The notes under the pieces were generated by a model. It saw only the letters and a list, made by a program, of their open reading frames with translations, ran no database searches and was not told the DNA's origin. Below, piece after piece: positions 56,335-64,000 of a DNA stretch of 64,000 nt. The first letter of the stretch is position 1; the number at the start of each line of letters is the position of its first letter. Position numbers and translations under genes: made by a program. The DNA is from an uncultured Nitrososphaerales archaeon (lineage in GTDB: Archaea; Thermoproteota; Nitrososphaeria; Conexivisphaerales; DTJL01): NCBI GenBank assembly GCA_964475215.1, contig CAYYVT010000106.1, positions 1,078-65,077 of the forward strand, read 5' to 3'.

Positions 56335-57408
56335 CTAGGTGCCGACGAAGATGCTGTAGCTTGTCAGGAGCTCCTGCTTGCCGAAGATGTTCTCCCACTC
56401 TAGGTAGAGCGTATAGACGCCGGGTCCGTCGCTTCTCATCACCGCGCCAAGGTTGAAGATCAGGGAGATGGTGGTCTGGGTGACGTCCCACTGGCTGGCG
56501 GTCACTGTTGTGCCCTGGGAGAGCTGATACCCCTGCTGCACCACGCCGGCGACGAATGTCCCCTGTGTGTAGTCGCTGTCATATGGAGAGGCACCGAGCT
56601 GCGCCGAGGTCAACTGAGAGGGCGAAGGGTCGTAGAACACTTCGACCAGCTGGATGCCGTCGCCCGTCACACCGTTGAGGCTTGAGAAGTTAGCCGAGAA
56701 GCTTACTGTCCCCGTGCTCGTCATGGAGATGGGAGCCGTCCAGTTCAAGTAGTCATTGGTGAAGTCCTCCACAAGGTACACATCGTCAACGTCGTAGGCT
56801 ATGCCGATGGAGACTCCAGTGTGATACGCATCCAGGATGTTGTCCCGGTGGCCGTTGTTGTGGGCTGCGTCGTCGTACACCATCTCATATTCCAACGTCT
56901 TGATGGCCTCTTCGACCGAGGCCGTCGTCCTGTAGCTCCCAATCTGCTGTACAAAGGCCACGTTCTCATCCACGTAGCCCACACCTCCTGCGACGGTGTA
57001 CCGCATGTACGGCTTCAGCCCCTGGGTGTCCCAATGGCTGAGGTAGTCGTTCACCAGCATGCTGTAGGCGTGCTGCTGAGCTGCCAATGGCGGATTCAAT
57101 GCGACCTCTGACAACCCTCCATTTGTGCTCCTGTCCTGGTTGATGAGCTGAAGTGTGTAGTTGGCGAGGACCGAGTAGTCGGAGGGAGTGGGCGCCCCTA
57201 GGTAAAGAAGGGTGGGCGCGTTAGCGCTTCCGTTTATGGAGGGCGCAAGCTCCTGCCCCACGCCCTGGTCCAACCCCTGGATTAGGGGGCTCATGTCTCC
57301 CACGGCCAGCGGAGCTATCACCAAGATGGTCCCGATGATGAGCAGGAGCAACCCGGCCACTGCTAGGTAGACAAGGTTGACCGATCCTCGCCTGTTTCTC
57401 CTGAGCAT
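56335..57408 (-). CDS. Secreted/anchored CAP (SCP/PR-1/YkwD-like) domain protein with a C-terminal beta-rich domain
   Basis: 357 aa. It has an N-terminal TM/signal anchor. The CAP core is AQQHAYSMLVNDYLSHWDTQGLKPYMRY...ENVAF...HRDNIL. Confidence 0.6.
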   Translation of the reverse strand: MLRRNRRGSVNLVYLAVAGLLLLIIGTILVIAPLAVGDMSPLIQGLDQGVGQELAPSINGSANAPTLLYLGAPTPSDYSVLANYTLQLINQDRSTNGGLSEVALNPPLAAQQHAYSMLVNDYLSHWDTQGLKPYMRYTVAGGVGYVDENVAFVQQIGSYRTTASVEEAIKTLEYEMVYDDAAHNNGHRDNILDAYHTGVSIGIAYDVDDVYLVEDFTNDYLNWTAPISMTSTGTVSFSANFSSLNGVTGDGIQLVEVFYDPSPSQLTSAQLGASPYDSDYTQGTFVAGVVQQGYQLSQGTTVTASQWDVTQTTISLIFNLGAVMRSDGPGVYTLYLEWENIFGKQELLTSYSIFVGT

Positions 57409-57546
57409 CTACAAAGAGTGACCTAAAGATGCTCTATAACCTTTCGAGCGGTCCCTCGAGCAGCTCACTCCGCATTATGCCGCTGAACCGGCCGTTTGCT
57501 CAGCGCCTGACTAGGATTGGATGGGCCCTGCCTCAGGTCAGCGCCT

Positions 57547-57717
57547 TCATCTCAGAAAGGCCAAGAGCAACAGTGAACCAACCACCAGGGCCACGCCGAT
57601 CCCTATGACCTCCTCTGGTCCCACTGTAAAGCCGGGTGTATCTTCGTCGAAGAAGGTCAAAAGTCCGGCGCTCGAGGCGGGAAGAGGGGCCTTATTCCTC
57701 TCCTTCTTAGTCGCCAT
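57547..57717 (-). CDS. Preprotein translocase subunit Sec61-beta (archaeal SecG)
   Basis: At 56 aa it is below the ORF-track cutoff. Manual translation gives MATKKERNKAPLPASSAGLLTFFDEDTPGFTVGPEEVIGIGVALVVGSLLLLAFLR*. The SSAGL..F.DED motif plus a C-terminal TM tail anchor identify it. Confidence 0.75.
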   Translation of the reverse strand: MATKKERNKAPLPASSAGLLTFFDEDTPGFTVGPEEVIGIGVALVVGSLLLLAFLR

Positions 57718-57895
57718 TTAGGTCCGGACGGTTGAACTTCTGCTGTCGGCGTATACGCCTTGCCGGTAAATCCTGATGGCGGGACCATCAATTCCGTACC
57801 TGCGGAGGATCATATCCATGAATCATGAGAGAGGAGACCGACTCCGAAAGACGGGCCTTCTTTCTTGCACACCCTTGGCTAGCCGATCAACGATG

Positions 57896-57992
57896 TGGCG
57901 CCCAAGGCGAGATTTGAAGTCGCGTGGCAGAGACCAACTCGCGTCGTCCGCGTGACAGGCGGACATACTAGACCGGGCTATACGACTTGGGC
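57896..57992 (-). tRNA. tRNA-Asp (anticodon GUC) with a 19-nt non-canonical intron in the T-arm (57919-57937); CCA encoded
   Basis: The rc reads GCCCAAG-TC-GTATAGCCCGGTCTAGTAT-G-TCCGC-CTGTCAC-GCGGA-CGAC-GCGAG-[TTGGTCTCTGCCACGCGAC]-TTCAAAT-CTCGC-CTTGGGC-G-CCA. Without removing the insert, the T-stem and variable region do not fold. Confidence 0.8.
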
Positions 57993-58058
57993 ACCACTGC
58001 CGGAAGTCCGAAAGGGGGTTTTTATGCTTTTGTGACGACGGACCATGTCACGCCTGAG

Positions 58059-58802
58059 CTACGCCGGGACCTTGAACACGAAACCAATCAGATACAGTGC
58101 ACCCGAAGCCAGCAACAGGATCACCACGCTCCTCAGGCCTGCACGCCAGTTCGCGCCCCTCAATCGAGTGAACTGGGTCGAGCTGGAGACGAACAGCAGG
58201 AGGGCCCCAAGGACGAGCGAAAGAGCGATCGCTTCCATCGAGCTGATGGCAAGAAGGTACGGGACCAAGATCAGGAGCACAGCGGCTGGAAACGCCAGGC
58301 CCACAGGTAGGGCCCTGAGGCTGCTCTTCGGTTCGAGCTCGTCCCTGTGAGTGTGGAGCTCAAACAGCACCTGGGTGTTGAGCCATCGCGCCGGTTCCCT
58401 GGTGATTATGTCCAGCATGGTCTTCCTTTCTTTCTCATCATACCCCTCGGATTTCAGGATCTCGTCGAGTTCTCCCCGCTCCTCTTCGGGCTCCTCCCTG
58501 ACCTCCATTGCCTCTCGCTCGAAGTCCTGCTTGGTCAGCGAAAGCTCGCTCTCCTTTGAGAAGAAGGCTGCCACGAACATGGAGATCCCTCCTGCGACGG
58601 CGAACACGACCCCCGAGAAGAGTATTGTGTGGAACGCCATGCCGACTGCGTTGAGCGCCGCAAGGAACGCCGATCCATCTACCAATCCGTCCCCAACGCC
58701 CAGCTGCACGTCGGCCACTACGTTTCTAAGCTTGCTGTGAGGGTGCAGCTCGGTCCTGGGCTGCTCCAGCTTCCCAGGGACGGCCTCAGTTCCGGACTCC
58801 AA
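58059..58802 (-). CDS. VIT1/CCC1-family membrane transporter (no ferritin domain)
   Basis: 247 aa. It shows the VIT1 pattern: an N-terminal TM pair, a central acidic cytoplasmic helix region (EREAMEVREEPEEERGELDEILKSEGYDEKE) and three C-terminal TM helices. Confidence 0.6.
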   Translation of the reverse strand: MESGTEAVPGKLEQPRTELHPHSKLRNVVADVQLGVGDGLVDGSAFLAALNAVGMAFHTILFSGVVFAVAGGISMFVAAFFSKESELSLTKQDFEREAMEVREEPEEERGELDEILKSEGYDEKERKTMLDIITREPARWLNTQVLFELHTHRDELEPKSSLRALPVGLAFPAAVLLILVPYLLAISSMEAIALSLVLGALLLFVSSSTQFTRLRGANWRAGLRSVVILLLASGALYLIGFVFKVPA

Positions 58803-59015
58803 CGTTCTGCTGAAGACTTCATCTAGCTTATAGGTTGTGAGCCCCTCTCCGTTTCTCAGCCCCTTCGCTGCTACAATGGTCAGCCACTCCCCTGGACTCT
58901 AACAGAGATGTCTGGAACGGAGATAGGCGGCGGTATCTTGCCGTCATTTCGTCCGTGGATTACCTCGACTAAGCGTCTCGACAGTTTAAATCACCGCTCT
59001 CCTCGGTGCATCTTG

Positions 59016-59489
59016 ATGAACCCTCGCCTTGAGGCCAAGCTGGCAAGGATGTATCCAAGCTGCACCCGCAGGGAGATTAGCGAGCTCGCCTCAAGCATAG
59101 AAGGGGGCAAGTACTGGAAGGCACAGCCCGGTTTCGTCTTCTCCATCGCCCTGACTCGGGCTAGGATGCAACTTGACTCCCACTGGGTGGCCGAAGCCAC
59201 TGGAGTAGGGCGCATACTGGTCTCCGAGGAGCTGAAACCCTTGTGCAGGAAGGGCCGGGTTGCCCTCACATCGGAGGGCAGGGAGCATGTCGCCATCCTC
59301 TTCCTCGGATGGCCCGCTTTCCTTTGGGCCATGAGGAAACACGAAGTCCCTCGGCTGGTCGAAAGCGCCACGCATAGGACTTTGAGGGGATACGTCGGTG
59401 TCCCCGAGCTCAAGGAGTACCTGAAGTACCGCGACAAAGGGATGGCGGGCCCGTCGGGAATCGGACCCGAGACACCCGGGTCTCCTTGA
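59016..59489 (+). CDS. Hypothetical protein (possible wHTH), 3' end overlaps tRNA-Lys on the opposite strand
   Basis: Codon third-position GC bias supports coding from MNPRLEAKLARMYPSCTRREISELASS... No family motif was recognised. The last ~47 nt run antisense through the tRNA gene, so the true C-terminus and the reality of the gene are uncertain. Confidence 0.35.
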   Translation: MNPRLEAKLARMYPSCTRREISELASSIEGGKYWKAQPGFVFSIALTRARMQLDSHWVAEATGVGRILVSEELKPLCRKGRVALTSEGREHVAILFLGWPAFLWAMRKHEVPRLVESATHRTLRGYVGVPELKEYLKYRDKGMAGPSGIGPETPGSP

Positions 59490-59540
59490 CCGTGTCCGGC
59501 CGTAAAAGCCCGGCGCTCTACCTGGCTGAGCTACGGGCCC
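59443..59540 (-). tRNA. tRNA-Lys (anticodon UUU) with a canonical 21-nt intron at 37/38 (59482-59502); CCA encoded
   Basis: The rc reads GGGCCCG-TA-GCTCAGCCAGGTAGAGC-G-CCGGG-CTTTTA-[CGGCCGGACACGGTCAAGGAG]-A-CCCGG-GTGTC-TCGGG-TCCGATT-CCCGA-CGGGCCC-G-CCA. In the BHB, CTTT pairs with AAGG, and the bulges are TAC and AGA. Confidence 0.85.
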
Positions 59541-59630
59541 GTTCTGACTTGGTTGAAGTCCCCCCGTTATTAAGACTAGGGTGAGTAAGGCGCTCCGTTA
59601 CGTTGTGTGGTTGAAGGCTTCCGAGCTGTC

Positions 59631-60692
59631 CTAGGGCAGGGTCATGGCCATGACGGCCTTCTGGACGTGCAGCCTGTTCTCGGCCTCTTCAAAGTACAGC
59701 GACCTCTTGTTGTCATCTATCACGTCATCTGTGACCTCCTGTCCCCTGTCGGCTGGGCCGCAGTGCATGTAGAACGCCTTGTGGGTGTCCTTGAGGCTGT
59801 CCATGGTCGTAATCCAGTCCTTGAACTTGGACTGGTATGCCGTCGCCGCGTCCTTATCCATCTTCGCGCTGTGGGGAGGAAAGAACTCCTTCGGCGACCA
59901 GGCCTTCGGATAGACGAAGTCAGCCCCCTCGAAGGCCTCCTTCATGTCGTGGCTTATCTCGAAGCTCCCGCCATACCTGTCGGCGTTCTCCTTACATGCC
60001 TTAATCGCGACATCCTCGAGCTCGAACCCCTTGGGGTGGGCGAGCACGACGTCCATCCCGAACTGAGTTGTGATCATCGCCTCGTTCTGCGGGACCGCGA
60101 GGGGCTTGAGACCTCCGGAGTAGGCGTATGATACAACGAACTTCTTCCCCTTCAGCTTTGGAGAGGCCTGCTTGGCCGCCATGATGTCTGCCATGGCCTG
60201 GAACGGGTGATACATGTCATCCTCCATGTTCAGCACGGGGATTGAGGCCCACTTCGCGAACTCCTGAATCACCTTGTGCCCCCTCCCGATGTTCCACTTT
60301 GCTGCGTCGCCGTAGATCCTGATGGCGATGGAGTCTCCCATCCTGCTGAGCACCCTTGCGACGTCGGAGATGGCTTCGGTCTGGTAGGCCACCATGTCTT
60401 CAGGGAGAGATGGGGTGTATACATCCGAAGGGCTTAGGAAGTGCGCATGGCCTCCCAGCTGGTAGATCCCTCCCTCGAATGAGTTCCGGGTCCGAAGGGA
60501 CCTGTTGTAGAACAGCATGAACAGGGTCCTGCCGGGCAGGTAGGGGGTCTCCCTCCTAGCCCTGAACTTCTTCTGCAGGTCGAACGAAGCGTCCAGGACC
60601 TCGTCGAGCTCCTCCTGAGAGAAGTCCTGAGTGTTCAGGAAGTCCTTTCCCTTGAACGCGCCGACATACGAAGGAACCTTCATGGATATCAC
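59631..60692 (-). CDS. Aspartate/ornithine carbamoyltransferase-family protein, atypical (YgeW/acyl-ornithine-transcarbamylase-like rather than canonical ArgF)
   Basis: 353 aa. The carbamoyl-phosphate motifs SLRTR and HPFQ are present. The second-substrate motif is HCGPADRG instead of HCLP, and there are extra inserts (SPSDVYTPSLPEDMVAYQ). Confidence 0.6.
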   Translation of the reverse strand: MISMKVPSYVGAFKGKDFLNTQDFSQEELDEVLDASFDLQKKFRARRETPYLPGRTLFMLFYNRSLRTRNSFEGGIYQLGGHAHFLSPSDVYTPSLPEDMVAYQTEAISDVARVLSRMGDSIAIRIYGDAAKWNIGRGHKVIQEFAKWASIPVLNMEDDMYHPFQAMADIMAAKQASPKLKGKKFVVSYAYSGGLKPLAVPQNEAMITTQFGMDVVLAHPKGFELEDVAIKACKENADRYGGSFEISHDMKEAFEGADFVYPKAWSPKEFFPPHSAKMDKDAATAYQSKFKDWITTMDSLKDTHKAFYMHCGPADRGQEVTDDVIDDNKRSLYFEEAENRLHVQKAVMAMTLP

Positions 60693-60878
60693 ACGGTCGC
60701 CGGTCTTCTCGGATTATAAGGGTTTTTCAATCCCTCGCCCAGCGGAGACGGGCTGAGGAAGGGAAAAGTTAAATACACACCTTCTGACGGTATTGTTGCG
60801 GAAAATTTTGTATGTTGAAATATCTTCGGTTTTTAAGGCACTTCCTGTCCGGCCCCGGGGGGCTTTGTAGCTAGGTGG

Positions 60879-61136
60879 ATGTCCTTGGCTGAAGTGGTGA
60901 AGGAGTTCAAGCCGTCGGCTCATAGGGACGTGCCGAAGCACGAAATCGTCCCAAAGGATGAGGTGGAGGGTATCCTGAAGCAGTGCAACGCCACCTACGA
61001 GCAGCTTCCTTACGTTCTGATGACGGACCCCGTCGTCTTGGAGCTCCAAGGAAAGCCGGGCGACCTGATCAAGATCACCCGGGAGAGCAAGACGGCGGGC
61101 TCTAGCGTCTACTACCGCCTCGTTGTCGAGGGTTGA
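60879..61136 (+). CDS. rpoH: DNA-directed RNA polymerase subunit H (Rpb5 homologue)
   Basis: 85 aa. The sequence is HRDVPKHEIVPKDEVEGILK......QLPYVLMTDPVV.....PGDLIKITRESKTAGSSVYYRLVV. Confidence 0.88.
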   Translation: MSLAEVVKEFKPSAHRDVPKHEIVPKDEVEGILKQCNATYEQLPYVLMTDPVVLELQGKPGDLIKITRESKTAGSSVYYRLVVEG

Positions 61137-61141
61137 AGATC

Positions 61142-64000
61142 ATGATGGAATCTGCATCGACCAGCCTTACGGACGGATGGCCGATAATAGAGGACGTCCT
61201 GAGAAAGGAAGGTGTCGCCAGGCAGCACCTGAACTCGTACAACGAGTTCATCGCGAGGGGGCTGCAGAGCATCATCGACGAGGTCAGCGAGGCCGACATC
61301 GAGACAGCCAGCGGCTCCTACAAGGTCAAGTTCGGGAAGATCATAGTTGACCGTCCCAGGGTCGTCGAAATTGACGGCTCGATAAGCTACGTGCTCCCCA
61401 CCGAGGCACGGTTGAGGAACCTAACCTATGGCGCCCCTCTCTACCTCGAGATAACCATAATCGACCCCCAGCTGGGGCCTGCCGGCCAGGTCACTCAGAA
61501 ATTCCACATAGGCGACCTCCCCGTCATGGTCAAGTCGAACCTCTGCGCCCTCTTTGGCCTCTCCGATGAGCAGCTCATCGAAGCAGGAGAGGACATCAAG
61601 GACCCCGGGGGCTACTTCATAATCAATGGTTCCGAAAGGGTGATCGTCGGCCTAGAGGACCTGTCCCCCAACAAGATCCTCGTCGAAACGGACAAGAGCG
61701 GCGGCAAGACCTCGTACAAGGCCAAGATCTACTCCTCGATCGTGGGCTACCGGTCAAAGCTCGAGCTTGAGCTCAAGCCCGACGGCGCCCTCTACGTCAA
61801 GCTCCCCGCTTCGCCCGTGGACCTGCCCTTCGTCATCGTCCTCAGGGCGCTCGGCATCACTACGGACAAGGAGGTCGCCGACATGGTATCGGTCAAGGGT
61901 GTCATCCAGGACCAGCTCGAGACCACGTTCGAGAAGGCCTCCGAGGCGCTCACCACCCAGGACTCCCTGATGTACATCGGCAACAGGGTGGCCCACGGGA
62001 TGATGGACGAGCTAAGGTTGAAGCGCGCAGAGATGCTGTTGGACTGGTACCTTCTCCCTCATCTTGGGAGGCAGCCCTCCAACCGGCTGGACAAGGCCGC
62101 TTTCCTCGGCGAGGCCGCCTGCAAGCTTCTGGAGCTTAGGCTTGGCACCATCGATCAGGACGACAAGGACCATTATGGCAACAAGGTCATCAAGTTCGCC
62201 GGCCAGATGCTCGCCGATCTGTTTCGCACCGCCTTCAGGAACATGGTGCGAGACATGAAATATCAGCTGGACAGGGTCGGCCAGAGGAGGGGCCCAGCCG
62301 TCGTGGGCGCCGCCATCCGTCCCGGCATCATCACCGACAAGCTGGCCAATGCGATCGCAACTGGTAACTGGGGTAGGGGAAAGGTGGGTGTCACCCAGCT
62401 GCTGGACAAGACAAACTACCTTTCTACGCTGAGCCACCTCAGGCGCATCCAGTCCCCTCTGAGCAGGAGCCAGCCCAACTTCGAAGCTAGGGACCTCCAT
62501 TCCACCCACTTCGGGAGGATATGCCCCAACGAGACGCCTGAGGGCTCTAACTGCGGCTTGGTGAAGAACCTCGCCCTCTCCGCCATCATATCAGTCACCT
62601 CCTCCAGCCATGAGGTTCTAAGCAAGCCCTTCACCCTGGGGGTGATGAGATATAACGAGGCCTCCGCCGAGCTCAAGGAGACGGGGGCCAAGGTCTTCGT
62701 GGACGGCAGGATGGTGGGCTACGTCGACGATGCCTTCCGGCTCTCTTCGGCCTTTAGGAGGCTACGTCGCAGGGGCGAAATCCCGCCGGATGTCTCGATA
62801 TACGTCTACAAGCCCGAGCTCCCCAACGCCACCGTCAGGGTGTACGTTTCGGCCAGCGCCGGCAGGGTGCTAAGGCCGCTCATCGTGGTGGAGAACGGCC
62901 GGCCGCTCGTGACCCCCGACATGATTGAGAAGGTGAAATCCGGCATGCTCAGCTGGCGCGACCTGGTCTCCCAGGGAGTGATGGAGATCATCGACGCCAA
63001 CGAGGAGGAGAACGCGTACATCGCCCTCGACGTCAAGGACCTCACGCCCCAGCACACCCACCTCGAGCTCTACACCCCTGCCATTCTCGGCGTCGCCGGA
63101 TCCCTTATCCCATACCCCGAGCACAACCAATCCCCCAGGAACACCTACGAGTCGGCCATGGCCAAGCAAGCCCTAGGCTTCTCCACATCCAACTTCGGGA
63201 CGGCTAGTTACGTCCGCCAGCACCTGGCCGTGTACCCACAGGTGCCGGTGGTGAAGACCCGCTCTCATACCCTGATCAACATGGACGAAAGGCCCATGGG
63301 CCAGAACGCCGTCGTGGCGGTACTGAGCTTCGAAGGCTATAACATCGAGGACGCCGTCGTCCTCAACAAGTCGAGCGTGGACAGGGGCCTGGGCAGGACC
63401 TTCTTCTACAGGCTCTACGAGGCCGAGGCCCAGCAGTACCTCGGTGGCATGAAGGACAGGTTCGAGCTCCCGAGCGCCGACGCGAACATCCGCGGCTTCC
63501 GGGGAGAGAAGTTCTACCGTCTCCTTGAGCCAGACGGCGTCGTGATGGCGGAGGCCGTGGTCTCAGGAGGCGACGTGCTTGCAGGAAGGACCAGCCCCCC
63601 TAGGTTCATGGAGGAGTACAAGGAGTTCGAGGTCAAGGGCCCCTACAGGCGGGATACCTCCATCGCGGTGAGGCCAAGCGAAAACGGCGTCGTCGACGCC
63701 GTCTTCATGACGCAGACCGTGGAGGGCAACAAGATATACAAGATTCGCGTCAGGGACCAGAGGATCCCCGAGCTGGGTGACAAGTTCGCTTCGAGGCATG
63801 GACAGAAGGGTGTCGTCGGGCTCCTGGTGAACCAGGAGGATATGCCATACACGGAGCAGGGGATCGTCCCCGACGTCATCATGAACCCTCACGCCTTCCC
63901 CTCAAGGATGACCGTGGGCCAGTTCCTTGAGTCGTTGGGCGGAAAGGCAGCAGCGCTCAGGGGTTCCCCTGTTGACGGCACGGCGTTCCTCGGCGAGAAG
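61142..64000 (+). CDS. rpoB: DNA-directed RNA polymerase subunit B, unsplit form (partial, runs off the right edge)
   Basis: Not in the ORF track because it is open-ended. ATG 61142 lies 5 nt after the rpoH stop. MMESASTSLTDGWPIIEDVLRKEGVARQHLNSYNEFI..., later SRSQPNFEARDLHSTHFGRICPNETPEGSNCGLVKNLA and PYPEHNQSPRNTYESAMAKQA. The frame stays open for 953 codons to position 64000, past the point where B''/B' are split in many Euryarchaeota. Confidence 0.9.
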   Translation, partial: MMESASTSLTDGWPIIEDVLRKEGVARQHLNSYNEFIARGLQSIIDEVSEADIETASGSYKVKFGKIIVDRPRVVEIDGSISYVLPTEARLRNLTYGAPLYLEITIIDPQLGPAGQVTQKFHIGDLPVMVKSNLCALFGLSDEQLIEAGEDIKDPGGYFIINGSERVIVGLEDLSPNKILVETDKSGGKTSYKAKIYSSIVGYRSKLELELKPDGALYVKLPASPVDLPFVIVLRALGITTDKEVADMVSVKGVIQDQLETTFEKASEALTTQDSLMYIGNRVAHGMMDELRLKRAEMLLDWYLLPHLGRQPSNRLDKAAFLGEAACKLLELRLGTIDQDDKDHYGNKVIKFAGQMLADLFRTAFRNMVRDMKYQLDRVGQRRGPAVVGAAIRPGIITDKLANAIATGNWGRGKVGVTQLLDKTNYLSTLSHLRRIQSPLSRSQPNFEARDLHSTHFGRICPNETPEGSNCGLVKNLALSAIISVTSSSHEVLSKPFTLGVMRYNEASAELKETGAKVFVDGRMVGYVDDAFRLSSAFRRLRRRGEIPPDVSIYVYKPELPNATVRVYVSASAGRVLRPLIVVENGRPLVTPDMIEKVKSGMLSWRDLVSQGVMEIIDANEEENAYIALDVKDLTPQHTHLELYTPAILGVAGSLIPYPEHNQSPRNTYESAMAKQALGFSTSNFGTASYVRQHLAVYPQVPVVKTRSHTLINMDERPMGQNAVVAVLSFEGYNIEDAVVLNKSSVDRGLGRTFFYRLYEAEAQQYLGGMKDRFELPSADANIRGFRGEKFYRLLEPDGVVMAEAVVSGGDVLAGRTSPPRFMEEYKEFEVKGPYRRDTSIAVRPSENGVVDAVFMTQTVEGNKIYKIRVRDQRIPELGDKFASRHGQKGVVGLLVNQEDMPYTEQGIVPDVIMNPHAFPSRMTVGQFLESLGGKAAALRGSPVDGTAFLGEK

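Noticed and set aside
1-64000. A search for CRISPR arrays, transposases, integrases, toxin-antitoxin pairs or known defence modules.
   Set aside because: I found none. All sizeable ORFs are accounted for by housekeeping, metabolic or conserved-hypothetical assignments. No direct-repeat/spacer pattern or terminal inverted repeats were seen by eye.

Overview
This is a gene-dense, GC-rich archaeal chromosome segment. The archaeal markers are an RpoH plus unsplit RpoB start, an exosome-type DnaG, Pelota, Sec61-beta, a ~330-nt 7S SRP RNA and bulge-helix-bulge (BHB) tRNA introns. All product names come from motif recognition by eye, because no homology search was possible.

Content from left to right:
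- A PadR regulator, an orphan 5S rRNA and a translation/replication housekeeping block (MetAP, TrpRS, PheRS alpha/beta, Toprim protein, DnaG, Pelota, site-2 protease, NcsA/TtcA-type tRNA thiolase, SRP RNA, PepF, tRNA-Ser, a ClC channel, cytidine deaminase).
- A complete beta-oxidation/ETF island at 19.4-30.9 kb, which includes a membrane-anchored HdrD-like Fe-S protein.
- Lrp, proline dehydrogenase, an orphan TrpB2 and a four-subunit 2-oxoacid:ferredoxin oxidoreductase.
- A heme-copper oxidase operon (subunit II, subunit I, cupredoxin, heme O synthase) with a second, divergently transcribed cupredoxin.
- A mixed accessory-looking stretch: Hsp20, a JAB protease, L13e with a long Lys/Pro-rich N-terminal extension, a DNA glycosylase, a GGR-like flavoprotein, PduO adenosyltransferase, two VIT1/CCC1 transporters, a YkgJ-type protein, a methyltransferase, nitrilase, class-II GATase, PPOX, an MBL hydrolase, a PPC domain protein, a CdvB-like ESCRT-III protein, a CAP-domain protein and an atypical carbamoyltransferase.

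I found five tRNA genes, all on the minus strand, and three of them carry introns. tRNA-Tyr has three BHB-flanked introns (positions 9/10, 30/31, 37/38). tRNA-Asp has an intron inside the T-arm (53/54). tRNA-Lys has a canonical 37/38 intron.

Other points worth a second look are a Bcp peroxiredoxin interrupted by one in-frame TAG, the HdrD-like candidate ETF acceptor, the amicyanin-like cupredoxins around a probable B-family oxidase, and several unannotated small ORFs and structured intergenic regions.

I saw no CRISPR array, transposase, integrase or recognisable defence island. I did not find a convincing novel multi-gene system, and the candidates listed are modest.
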